From assembly GCA_045530875.1 (NCBI GenBank), contig JAZSCY010000265.1, positions 1 to 36,729 on the forward strand: DNA of 36,729 nucleotides, in the 5' to 3' direction. Positions 1 to 6,738 of the stretch are shown in pieces. The position numbers and the translations under genes were made by a program. The first letter of the stretch is position 1. Each line of letters opens with the position of its first letter. The notes under the pieces were generated by a model that saw only the letters and a list, made by a program, of their open reading frames with translations, did not search any database and had not been told where the DNA came from. The DNA comes from Eubacteriales bacterium (GTDB lineage Bacteria; Bacillota; Clostridia; Oscillospirales; CAG-272).

Positions 1-312
1 AGCCGTCACCCCAGCCGTAACCCGAGCCGTAACCCGAGCCGGAACCCGAGCCGGAACCCGAGCCGGAACCCGAGCCGGAACCCGAGCCGGAACCCCGGCC
101 GTCACCCGAGCCGTCACCCCGGCCGTCACCCGAGCCGTCACCCGAGCCGTAACCCGAGCCGTCACCCCAGCCGTAACCCGAGCCGTAACCCGAGCCGGAA
201 CCCGAGCCGGAACCCGAGCCGGAACCCGAGCCGGAACCCGAGCCGGAACCCCGGCCGTCACCCGAGCCGTCACCCCGGCCGTCACCCGAGCCGTAACCCC
301 GGCCGTCACCGA
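1..312. repeat. Nested tandem repeat: 12-nt basic unit (ccgagccggaac and variants) arranged as two 156-nt higher-order copies (1-156, 157-312)
   Basis: Read directly. The string agccgtcaccccagccgtaacccgagccgtaacccgagccggaac at 1-46 recurs at 157-202, and each copy continues with a run of ccgagccggaac units. Confidence 0.95.
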
Positions 313-316
313 TCAT
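1..316 (-). CDS. 5' part of a (Gly-X)n dipeptide-repeat protein, ATG at 316-314, running off the window start (partial; probably continues at 36729)
   Basis: Minus-strand translation gives MIGDGRGYGSGDGRGDGSGDGR(GS)10GYGSGYGWGDGSGYGSGDGSGDGRGDGSGDGR(GS)10GYGSGYGWGDG with no stop. Gly codons alternate ggc/ggt and are invariant, and all unit-to-unit differences fall in the X codons. The start lies 23 nt after the stop of the upstream gene. The RBS is weak. Confidence 0.5.
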   Translation of the reverse strand, partial: MIGDGRGYGSGDGRGDGSGDGRGSGSGSGSGSGSGSGSGSGSGYGSGYGWGDGSGYGSGDGSGDGRGDGSGDGRGSGSGSGSGSGSGSGSGSGSGYGSGYGWGDG

Positions 317-339
317 CAAAAACGCCCTGATTTTCTCGC

Positions 340-630
340 TCAGTTTCGCTTCCACTCTTTTACCTCCCTGATGCTTTCGACAGCCTTGTCCGTACACGGA
401 ATAATCTGGATCGGCTCCATCACAGACATTTCCGGCACAGTAACGGTAAACTGACATCCGCTTGGTTCGGTCGTCCCGTCCATTGCGAGCTGTTCCACAG
501 CGCAGGCGCCAGCCCAGTGCCACAGCTTCCGCACATCCTCCATGACAACTTCCTTGTCGCTTCTTTCCCGGATCCGTCCAAAGAACACGCCGGCATTTGC
601 ACATCTTACGATATAGTATTTGTTATCCAT
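340..630 (-). CDS. Hypothetical early protein (96 aa)
   Basis: ATG at 630 preceded by AAAGGAG. Packed within the early operon. No family recognised. Confidence 0.7.
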   Translation of the reverse strand: MDNKYYIVRCANAGVFFGRIRERSDKEVVMEDVRKLWHWAGACAVEQLAMDGTTEPSGCQFTVTVPEMSVMEPIQIIPCTDKAVESIREVKEWKRN

Positions 631-650
631 GATTTTTATCTCCTTTGATT

Positions 651-1154
651 TTATCTAAAATTTGCACTGACCGGTATTTCTCTGGCGGTGACTTTACCAC
701 CAGTTTTTGGCTCATCATCGCCGGAAGCTTCCGCAGCATCCGCCTCCTGGGCCGCGTCGATGCCGTACTCCTCCGCCAGCTCGGCCAGAATCTCATCATC
801 CTCATCCGGCTCATCCATGGCCATCTGCTCAACCCCTGCCGGCCGCAGCTCATACCCTTCCATCAGCTTGTGAATCTCCAGATTCCCCGTGTCCACCACA
901 TCAGCGGAATTGGAGGCCAGCTTGACCACGTTGGAAATCTTGTAGTCCATCACCGGCACCTTGGCAGGCCGGAGCGTGTTGTCGGCGGATACCACCTCGC
1001 GTGTGTCCAGAGACACGTTGATCTTCACCGTGATCGTGGCTTTCTCCGCCCCGGTCTCCCGAAGCATATCCACGGCTTCCGCCAGCCGCTGATCCATGTC
1101 GGCACGCATCCCGGCAAACACCGGCGCGTGGATTGAAAAGTTCTGTTTTTTCAT
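651..1154 (-). CDS. Hypothetical early protein with a strongly acidic C-terminal tail (167 aa)
   Basis: Start moved to the internal ATG at 1154 (MKKQNF...), which is preceded by GGAGGG. The longer ORF to 1244 overlaps the upstream gene. The C-terminus is Asp/Glu-rich (DEPDEDDEILAELAEEYGID...). Confidence 0.65.
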   Translation of the reverse strand: MKKQNFSIHAPVFAGMRADMDQRLAEAVDMLRETGAEKATITVKINVSLDTREVVSADNTLRPAKVPVMDYKISNVVKLASNSADVVDTGNLEIHKLMEGYELRPAGVEQMAMDEPDEDDEILAELAEEYGIDAAQEADAAEASGDDEPKTGGKVTAREIPVSANFR

Positions 1155-1168
1155 GGCAATTCCCTCCG

Positions 1169-1576
1169 TTATACATCCGCCCGGCCGTTCCAGCCGTCGG
1201 CAGCCGCGTCTTTGTCGTCGTACCAACCGGAAGCGGAACCGCATCCGCCATCATCCGGATCACAGATCACTCTGTAAGCCCGTTCCTCGCACAGATCACA
1301 TTCCGCATCCGGGCAGGGATCAAAGGTGCATTCCTCCACATGGACCGGCGCGAATTTCCCGCAGAAGGGGCACGCCCGGAGAAGAACCCCGTCCACCGGA
1401 TCGTGAAAGAACAGCTTGGATGCATCCAGTGTGCTTTTCTGTACCGCCGGCACCGCCATCAGCGCCCGGTTGATGTCGGCAAAGTGCCGTTCCTCAGTTT
1501 CGGTTCCTGCATGAGCATCGGGAAGTTCGTCGTGCAGCTCCACCGTCATGGTGAGCATGGTAATCAGCTTAGGCAT
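1169..1576 (-). CDS. Lar-family-like restriction alleviation protein (zinc-ribbon type)
   Basis: The C-terminal half has CPFCG ... C..C.. GWYDDKDAAADGWNGRA, which resembles the Lar family pattern (CPFCG ... WNrR). GGAGGG RBS. Confidence 0.5.
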   Translation of the reverse strand: MPKLITMLTMTVELHDELPDAHAGTETEERHFADINRALMAVPAVQKSTLDASKLFFHDPVDGVLLRACPFCGKFAPVHVEECTFDPCPDAECDLCEERAYRVICDPDDGGCGSASGWYDDKDAAADGWNGRADV

Positions 1577-1577
1577 T

Positions 1578-1910
1578 TTATTTTCCCTCCGTTTTTCTCA
1601 AAAGTTCGACCCACTTTTCGCGGGTTTTGTCGTCAAACAGAACCGCATCAAAGAGCTGCCAGAACCCGGACCCGTTCGCCCGGATCTGCCGCAGTACGTT
1701 GTTGGTTCTCTGCACATAGTGGCCATCCTCAAACACGGGCGAATAATCCCGCGCCCAGGAAGCTATAGCCGCCGTGACCTGCTGGTTCCCGTCCGCCTCC
1801 AGTACGCACAAGAACAGCTCCGCAATCCGCCCGGCGTTGACAAGTGCCAGCAGCGACTGCTTCGCCGGATCCCGTTCTACCGGCCCACCGCCGGTCTGGT
1901 TGTTATCCAT
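1578..1910 (-). CDS. Hypothetical early protein (110 aa)
   Basis: ATG with a GGAGGA RBS. Tightly packed between neighbours. Confidence 0.65.
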   Translation of the reverse strand: MDNNQTGGGPVERDPAKQSLLALVNAGRIAELFLCVLEADGNQQVTAAIASWARDYSPVFEDGHYVQRTNNVLRQIRANGSGFWQLFDAVLFDDKTREKWVELLRKTEGK

Positions 1911-1915
1911 TTTTA

Positions 1916-2701
1916 CTATCCTCCGTTTATATCCCAGTCAGCAATATCCGCGTATGACCTTCTAAGTGCCGCCTCAAAGAACTCATCCGTGTCAAAGCTG
2001 CCGCCGTTGTATTGTTCTGCCGGTTTCCCCGGCTTCTTGTCGTCCCGGCCGTTGGTCTCCCAGAGCCGGATGATCGCCTGCCATTGTTCCGGTTCGGCAA
2101 TCGAACCCTCCCGTCCCTGCCATTTCCGCAGTGAATAGAAGTCGTGGAACCGCTGCGGATCGATCTTATTCCCTCTTTCCCGGCAATAATCCGCTATCTC
2201 TTCCACCGTTGGCGGCGTCGGTGGTTCTACAGGTGTATCTATATTTACACTACTACTATCAATATATAAAGGATTATCAATAGTATTATATATAGGAAGA
2301 AGTCCATTTTCTGGACATCCCATGTCCATTTTTTGGACATTCCCATGTCCATTTTCTGGACATCCCATGTCCATTTTTTGGACATTGTGTTCAGATTTTG
2401 CACATTTCAGCACCCGAACAGCCTGCAGAAGCTTTTGCCCCGTAGGTGTGGTCACTTCCCGGAGAAGTCCCTTTGTTTTGAGCTCCTTTATGTAGTTGTA
2501 CAACACCGACCGTGAGCAGTCCAGCCATTCCAGAAGGTAGTCCTGCTTTCCGGAATACCCGCTTTTTCCATCCTGGGAAAAGCCGTATATCAGAGCATAC
2601 AGCAGAAGACGGTTGTTCCGAAGTCCCAGCTCCGTCACCATCCAACCCTGAATGGTGATATAATTCTCCGCCTTAATCCGGGATTCCGCCACAGGATCCA
2701 C
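1916..2701 (-). CDS. Replisome organiser / replication initiator-like protein (N-terminal winged HTH, internal 15-aa duplication)
   Basis: The N-terminus NYITIQGWMVTELGLRNNRLLLYALIYGFSQ...VLYNYIKELKTKGLL is typical of phage HTH replication proteins. The repeated NVQKMDMGCPENG is encoded by the iterons. The annotated start is a GTG directly abutting GGAG, so the exact start is uncertain. Confidence 0.65.
   Translation of the reverse strand: MDPVAESRIKAENYITIQGWMVTELGLRNNRLLLYALIYGFSQDGKSGYSGKQDYLLEWLDCSRSVLYNYIKELKTKGLLREVTTPTGQKLLQAVRVLKCAKSEHNVQKMDMGCPENGHGNVQKMDMGCPENGLLPIYNTIDNPLYIDSSSVNIDTPVEPPTPPTVEEIADYCRERGNKIDPQRFHDFYSLRKWQGREGSIAEPEQWQAIIRLWETNGRDDKKPGKPAEQYNGGSFDTDEFFEAALRRSYADIADWDINGG
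2236..2390. promoter_or_regulatory. Candidate origin of replication: AT-rich tract (2236-2297) plus four 22-23-nt iterons (2302-2323, 2324-2346, 2347-2368, 2369-2390)
   Basis: Each iteron contains the inverted repeat GTCCA-N5-TGGAC. The iterons lie inside the replisome-organiser gene, next to a conspicuously AT-rich stretch (atatttacactactactatcaatatataaaggattatcaatagtattatatata). Confidence 0.5.
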
Positions 2702-2731
2702 CTCCTTTCATGTTTTGTTTCCGCCACCGGA

Positions 2732-3067
2732 TCACCGCACATAGGGCCGAAGCAGCTCCATCGCCTGATCCGTGCTGTACACGATCCCGGCAATGCACCC
2801 CTGCTCCTTTTTCTTCTGGATAAAGCGCACCTGCTCCGGTGTCGGCTGACCGTCTCCCACCTTGCACTCGATGTACACGGCGATGGCAAACCCGGACCGG
2901 GAGCGGTTTGAGCGCAGATTCCCGGAAATGTCGCTGTATCCTTTGGGCGTTCCGGTGGAAAAGCTATATCCGGCCGCCGTCTTCACGGTACCGGTGTTGA
3001 CCCGGGTGAGGTCCGCAAACGGATACAGCACCCGGATCACCTGATTCACCAGCATGGACTCAGTCAT
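2732..3067 (-). CDS. VRR-NUC domain nuclease (PD-(D/E)xK fold)
   Basis: GYSDISG ... AVYIECK ... PEQVRFIQKKKEQG matches the D...E.K pattern followed by the conserved Q/helix of VRR-NUC proteins. GAGGAG RBS. Confidence 0.75.
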   Translation of the reverse strand: MTESMLVNQVIRVLYPFADLTRVNTGTVKTAAGYSFSTGTPKGYSDISGNLRSNRSRSGFAIAVYIECKVGDGQPTPEQVRFIQKKKEQGCIAGIVYSTDQAMELLRPYVR

Positions 3068-3815
3068 TGTTGGTTATCTCCTCAAAGTCTGCCTCGAAAA
3101 TCTCGGGCTTGAAAAACTGCTGGATCAGCTCGATCTTCTGAACGGCTTCCGGCTCCAGCTTGCCCAGCATCCGCAGCTTGATTTTGCTGTACCTGATCTT
3201 CTGCGCATTCACCGCCGCTTCCAACGTGAATTCTGTCAGCACTTCGTGGGGTTCCAGAAAACCGAAATGCCGCAGGGAAGATCTGTACTTCTTCCAGGCC
3301 ATCAGGGAAGCCGGAGGAACGTCAATCGCCATGGGAACCGGTGTGCCGGATGTCAGCACATACAGCCGTACCTTATTCCGGCATTCCCGCCGTCCGCCGT
3401 TTTTGGGCTTGTTTCTGGGGCAGCTCGCACAGTCGCAGGTTTCCTCGGTGTTTCTGTCAAATCCGGTGATGCCGTCTTTGGACACGCAGACCGGCGGTTC
3501 CCCCGGCGTGGCTTCATCGAAAAACACGTTCATGTTGTGGGCGTAAAATACCACGCCGCAGATGCTGGGGGAAGATTTGTCCAGATCCTCGATCCCTGTG
3601 GTGATGTTGAAATCCCGGGATCCGCCCAGACCAACCGTCGCCCGGAAAATCGGCACATCGTCCTCATCCGCTCCCAGTTCGCTGTAGTACCGGCCCAGCT
3701 TGTCCCCGCCCTGGGTGTACACATCGAACGGCACAACAGGCATCGCTTCCGGTTCCACCACCTTCAGATTTCTGTTTTCCAGTGCGTTCTGCACCAATGC
3801 TGTCATATCAGCCAT
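3060..3815 (-). CDS. Recombination-module protein of unassigned family (possible ssDNA-annealing/-binding partner of the exonuclease)
   Basis: Sits directly downstream of the YqaJ exonuclease gene. ATG at 3815 follows GAGGTGG. Contains a Cys cluster, CDCASCP...EC. The function is inferred from position only. Confidence 0.45.
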   Translation of the reverse strand: MADMTALVQNALENRNLKVVEPEAMPVVPFDVYTQGGDKLGRYYSELGADEDDVPIFRATVGLGGSRDFNITTGIEDLDKSSPSICGVVFYAHNMNVFFDEATPGEPPVCVSKDGITGFDRNTEETCDCASCPRNKPKNGGRRECRNKVRLYVLTSGTPVPMAIDVPPASLMAWKKYRSSLRHFGFLEPHEVLTEFTLEAAVNAQKIRYSKIKLRMLGKLEPEAVQKIELIQQFFKPEIFEADFEEITNND

Positions 3816-3833
3816 ATTTCCCACCTCTTTCGA

Positions 3834-4760
3834 TTATTTCACGGAAAATGCTCTGTATTCCGTGGTATTTGTGAATGGTTTCATGTCGATTTCCGGGTGT
3901 TGTCTCATCAGTTCCTTGATGTTGTAGGTCGTGCGCTTCCGCTTTTTCCATGTCACCCGGTAGGAATCACTGACCCCGCTTTCGCTGTCCTGCATCACAA
4001 GCATGATTTCCTGCTTTGCTGCTTCCATCTGCTGCTGAAGATGTTCCGCTTGCTTCCGGAATTCCTCATAACGGGAGATTGGTTCGTCATCCAGTTCCGT
4101 GTCGAACCCGGTGTCGTCCGGGAACATGGCTTTCAGAGCCTCCGTGGTTGCGTTTGTGCCGTCCGGATCCGGCGGAATATCTTCCAGCACATGATCTTCC
4201 CAGAATTCCCGTTCCGCCTGCATGATCCCATCAATCGTTTTGCTGACCTCGTCGGTACGTTCGATGGTGAATACATACAGCCCGTGCCCAAACAGCAGGA
4301 TTGCCAGATACCACCGATCCGCACCGGTGACTGCCATGTAATGCAGACATTGTGCGTGATAGGACGCCGGATAATTCCCGTTTTCCAGATCGTTTTCTGC
4401 AAACGGCGCAGACATGGTCTTGCATTCCAGCCCGGCATTTTCCCCGATCACTTCCCGGTCAATGTCTGCGTGGGAATACGGATACTGCGGATTGTACAGC
4501 ATTTTGTTGCACCGTCTCACACGCTTCCCGGTCTTTTCGCAGAACCTGTCCGCCACATACTGTTCCAGATCCCGCCCTTCCCGCATGGCTTCGTTGTCCT
4601 CCTGCGGCGGAATCCGACCGGTTTTCTCTCCCCAGACGGCCATCGCCGAACTGTACTTGGAAAGTCCCAGGATAGCACCTGCGTCAGATCCACCGATAGA
4701 GTGTTTGCGGCGCTCCAGCCACTGCTCCCGGCTCATGTTTTTAGTTGAAACATATGTCAT
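3834..4760 (-). CDS. YqaJ-type viral recombinase exonuclease
   Basis: REQWLERRKHSIGGSDAGAILGLSKYSSAMAVWGEKTG is the YqaJ N-terminal signature. Start set at ATG 4760, which forms an ATGA overlap with the upstream stop and follows GAGGTG. Confidence 0.8.
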   Translation of the reverse strand: MTYVSTKNMSREQWLERRKHSIGGSDAGAILGLSKYSSAMAVWGEKTGRIPPQEDNEAMREGRDLEQYVADRFCEKTGKRVRRCNKMLYNPQYPYSHADIDREVIGENAGLECKTMSAPFAENDLENGNYPASYHAQCLHYMAVTGADRWYLAILLFGHGLYVFTIERTDEVSKTIDGIMQAEREFWEDHVLEDIPPDPDGTNATTEALKAMFPDDTGFDTELDDEPISRYEEFRKQAEHLQQQMEAAKQEIMLVMQDSESGVSDSYRVTWKKRKRTTYNIKELMRQHPEIDMKPFTNTTEYRAFSVK

Positions 4761-5023
4761 CGCCTGCACCTCGCCATGATATCCCGGTACCACGCACGGA
4801 TCTGTTCTATCGGTTCCAACCGGTGCACCTCTCTTGCTTCGTCGATCACCTCGGGATCCTCGCATCTTGCGCAGATAAAGCATATGCACTTCCCGTCGTC
4901 CAGATATTCGTCGACATCATCCTCGATGTAGTCCTTCCCACATACTGCGCATTCGTACTCCTCCGGCCCGATGGCCGACGGGCAGGCGGAGGGACAGGTA
5001 AACTGTCCGCAGATCTCACACAT
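4757..5023 (-). CDS. Small Cys-rich (zinc-ribbon-like) protein, 88 aa
   Basis: Several CxxC pairs (CEIC, CAVC, CICFICARC). AGGAGGG RBS. Confidence 0.6.
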   Translation of the reverse strand: MCEICGQFTCPSACPSAIGPEEYECAVCGKDYIEDDVDEYLDDGKCICFICARCEDPEVIDEAREVHRLEPIEQIRAWYRDIMARCRR

Positions 5024-5357
5024 GATAATCCCTCCTGACCACGCCCCGCAGATACTTGATGGTATCTTTGGCGCCGAACTTGGAAAATCCCCGGAGTCTG
5101 GCCGCCGGTCCGCAGGCCACCACCGCCGCGCCGGTCACATATTCCTGTGCCAGCACAGAGCCGTCCGGGTTGTGCGTCCCTTCGTGACCGTAGAGCACCA
5201 CGAACCGCTTGTCGATGTAGGGCACCGTAGTCACACCGCCGCCGCAGAGCACCTGCGCCGCAGCCAGCACAGAATCCCCCGCATCGTGGGTGTACATTTC
5301 GCCGGTCTCCGTGACCACTATCACAAACCGGCGCGCGTCCTTGGTTTTGTTGTCCAT
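5016..5357 (-). CDS. Hypothetical early protein (113 aa), possibly DUF3846-like
   Basis: AAGGAGG RBS. The pattern ...AAAQVLCGGGVTTVPYIDKRFVVLYGHEG... loosely recalls DUF3846. Confidence 0.55.
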   Translation of the reverse strand: MDNKTKDARRFVIVVTETGEMYTHDAGDSVLAAAQVLCGGGVTTVPYIDKRFVVLYGHEGTHNPDGSVLAQEYVTGAAVVACGPAARLRGFSKFGAKDTIKYLRGVVRRDYHV

Positions 5358-5367
5358 ATATACCTCC

Positions 5368-5396
5368 TTGACATATCAGAGGATCTGTGTTAAAAT
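5368..5396 (+). promoter_or_regulatory. Sigma-70/SigA-type promoter on the plus strand: TTGACA (5368-5373), 17-nt spacer, TAAAAT (5391-5396)
   Basis: Read directly. It points against the flow of the surrounding minus-strand operon. The -35 overlaps the RBS of the minus-strand gene 5016-5357. Confidence 0.45.
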
Positions 5397-5402
5397 TTAG
5401 GT

Positions 5403-5466
5403 AGGCCCCATACAGATCCCCCGTTTAACAGGTGACGTGTTCCCGCACGCCGCCTGTTATTTTTTT
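5403..5466 (+). ncRNA. Candidate ~60-nt antisense small RNA, defined by the promoter at 5368-5396 and the terminator at 5427-5466
   Basis: No ORF is present. The predicted transcript overlaps the stop codon region of the minus-strand gene 5457-5729 and the intergenic leader of 5016-5357. Confidence 0.3.
5427..5466 (+). terminator. Intrinsic terminator oriented for the plus strand
   Basis: AACAGG (5427-5432) pairs with CCTGTT (5453-5458). Additional inner pairs form (ACGTG/CACG). The hairpin is followed by ATTTTTTTG. The minus-strand version has no T tail. Confidence 0.5.
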
Positions 5467-5729
5467 GTGTAATAATAGTTGCCGTCCCGGTCGATCCGGA
5501 TAATGCCCAGGCGTCTGGATTCCCTGCGCCGGTAGCATCTGCGATACAGCGAAACACCGAGACAGATCAGACCGGCAATGCAGTATCCGATAACCAGCAG
5601 ACCGCCCAGAATCCCGGCAGCTCTCGGGAAGGGCGCGCTGTTTTCCACGGCCGCAGCCACACACCAGATCACCCAGAATTCCCCGACCCCCGCCGCACCC
5701 AGGAGTGCATACAGAATGGATTTAATCAT
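5457..5729 (-). CDS. Small membrane protein (90 aa, about 3 hydrophobic segments, basic C-terminal tail)
   Basis: The segments ILYALLGAAGVGEFWVIWCVAAAV and ILGGLLVIGYCIAGLICLGVSLY are hydrophobic. The start overlaps the upstream stop by 8 nt. Confidence 0.6.
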   Translation of the reverse strand: MIKSILYALLGAAGVGEFWVIWCVAAAVENSAPFPRAAGILGGLLVIGYCIAGLICLGVSLYRRCYRRRESRRLGIIRIDRDGNYYYTKK

Positions 5730-5931
5730 CTTCCGATACCCCGATTGTCACAGTTTTGTCGAAACACTTCTTTGTATCTGTGCAGTGCGCTTTTGTGCAG
5801 TTCAGGCAGATTTGTGCACGTTCCGCCTTGATGTCCGTCCGTGCATCCGGCTTTGCGGGACGATGGCTGTCCACCGCTGTGGATCCCCAGAACCGCCCGG
5901 CCTGTCCGGCCCCTGTACGAATGTATCTCAT
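5722..5931 (-). CDS. Small Cys-containing protein (69 aa)
   Basis: ATG 5931 forms an ATGA overlap with the stop of 5928-6332 and follows GGAGGA. Contains a CLNC...C...C motif. Confidence 0.5.
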   Translation of the reverse strand: MRYIRTGAGQAGRFWGSTAVDSHRPAKPDARTDIKAERAQICLNCTKAHCTDTKKCFDKTVTIGVSEDD

Positions 5932-6332
5932 GATGCGTCCTCCACTTTCCGGCCGACATACTCCTCGAAGTCGGTCTGATTGATGTAATAGTTGTACTGC
6001 CCCGATCCCTCGTTTTTTACGGCGAAACCGAACGGGAATCGCCCCTGCTGCAGCATGACCCGCAGCCACTGCGCCGGCTTTCCCATGATCCGCGCCGCCG
6101 TTTCCACGGGGACGTTGGTACCCCGCTGCCGGACGGCCTTCGGCCTGTCAAGATCGCCGGGCGTACAACCAAGAGCCGCCGCCAGCCGCTCCAGAACCTC
6201 CCGGCCCGGTTTGATGTGGCCTTTAAGGTAAACGGTCAGCGACCCCTTGGAAACGCCGGAACGCTCCGAAAGCTGCGCCGTGGAAAGGTCGTGCGCTATC
6301 ATCAGAGACTTAAGATTTGTCGCTATGCTCAT
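5928..6332 (-). CDS. Two-HTH DNA-binding protein (XRE-type N-terminus plus excisionase/MerR-like HTH C-terminus)
   Basis: The N-terminus is LKSLMIAHDLSTAQLSERSGVSKGSLTVYLKG. The C-terminus, VETAARIMGKPAQWLRVMLQQGRFPFG...YYI, resembles the Xis-type HTH_17. ATG 6332 follows AGGAGG. Confidence 0.7.
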   Translation of the reverse strand: MSIATNLKSLMIAHDLSTAQLSERSGVSKGSLTVYLKGHIKPGREVLERLAAALGCTPGDLDRPKAVRQRGTNVPVETAARIMGKPAQWLRVMLQQGRFPFGFAVKNEGSGQYNYYINQTDFEEYVGRKVEDAS

Positions 6333-6540
6333 GTGGTACCTCCTTGAGAAGATCTTCAATAGAGCATCCGAACAGCTCGGCCAGCTTGGCGGCATTCAGC
6401 AGAGAAAGCTGCTTGGTGCCCCGTTCGATCTGCAGAACCATGGTCTGATTAACGCCGAGGATTTTTGCAACCTCATCCTGCGTGTATCCAGCATCCTTCC
6501 GGCGTTCCCGCAGGGTGTTACCAATCGTAGCGTGAGACAT
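6310..6540 (-). CDS. Cro-like XRE-family repressor (76 aa)
   Basis: LRERRKDAGYTQDEVAKILGVNQTMVLQIERG is a classic XRE HTH. It is the first gene of the leftward operon and diverges from the CI-like gene. Confidence 0.8.
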   Translation of the reverse strand: MSHATIGNTLRERRKDAGYTQDEVAKILGVNQTMVLQIERGTKQLSLLNAAKLAELFGCSIEDLLKEVPHEHSDKS

Positions 6541-6592
6541 TGTTTTATCACCCTTTCATCTCATTTCAAAAGTATGAAAATCTCATTTTATA

Positions 6593-6622
6593 TTGACAAA
6601 TCGTGTAAACCTGTGTTATACT
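6593..6622 (+). promoter_or_regulatory. Rightward promoter for the CI-like gene: TTGACA (6593-6598), 18-nt spacer, TGtTATACT extended -10 (6614-6622)
   Basis: Read directly. The predicted start is near 6629, giving a leader of about 134 nt. Confidence 0.55.
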
Positions 6623-6658
6623 AATATCACGGTTATACAGCGGTTATCCTGTGGTTAT

Positions 6659-6687
6659 ATTATACCTCATTCTTAATGAGATGTCAA
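6659..6687 (-). promoter_or_regulatory. Leftward (lytic) promoter with perfect consensus: TTGACA (6687-6682), 17-nt spacer, TATAAT (6664-6659)
   Basis: The reverse complement reads TTGACAtctcattaagaatgaggTATAAT. The spacer is filled by a palindromic operator. Confidence 0.65.
6666..6680. promoter_or_regulatory. Operator O1: perfect 6-3-6 palindrome CTCATT-ctt-AATGAG inside the spacer of the leftward promoter
   Basis: Read directly. This is the classic position for a repressor operator. Confidence 0.55.
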
Positions 6688-6695
6688 TAAGAAAT

Positions 6696-6710
6696 CTCAT
6701 TTAAAATCAG
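6696..6710. promoter_or_regulatory. Operator-like site O2: CTCATT-taa-AATCAG (11/12 match to O1 half-sites)
   Basis: Same 6-3-6 architecture, centred 30 bp from O1. Confidence 0.4.
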
Positions 6711-6723
6711 ACAAATATTATAG

Positions 6724-6738
6724 CTCATTTTTAGTGAG
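6724..6738. promoter_or_regulatory. Operator-like site O3: CTCATT-ttt-AGTGAG (11/12 match)
   Basis: Same 6-3-6 architecture, centred 28 bp from O2, just upstream of the CI-like RBS. Confidence 0.4.

Noticed and set aside
1-312. Could the terminal repeat array be a CRISPR array or a collagen-like gene?
   Set aside because: The units are 12 nt with no unique spacers, so it is not a CRISPR array. The peptide period is 2 (Gly-X), not 3 (Gly-X-Y), so it is not collagen-like.
3054-4748. Long plus-strand ORF (564 aa) antisense to the recombination genes. Similar long antisense ORFs occur at 11902-13119, 21798-23102, 30018-31085, 31477-32874 and 32324-33241.
   Set aside because: They lie opposite genes with recognisable domains or strong RBSs. 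They lack RBSs of their own, and their Arg/Pro/His-rich low-information translations are typical of antisense frames in GC-rich DNA.
5722-6069. Full-length 115-aa ORF and the 77-aa ORF at 5726-5959
   Set aside because: The upstream part overlaps the C-terminus of the well-supported HTH gene (5928-6332). Only the ATGA-coupled 69-aa version starting at 5931 has an RBS. The 5726-5959 frame has none.
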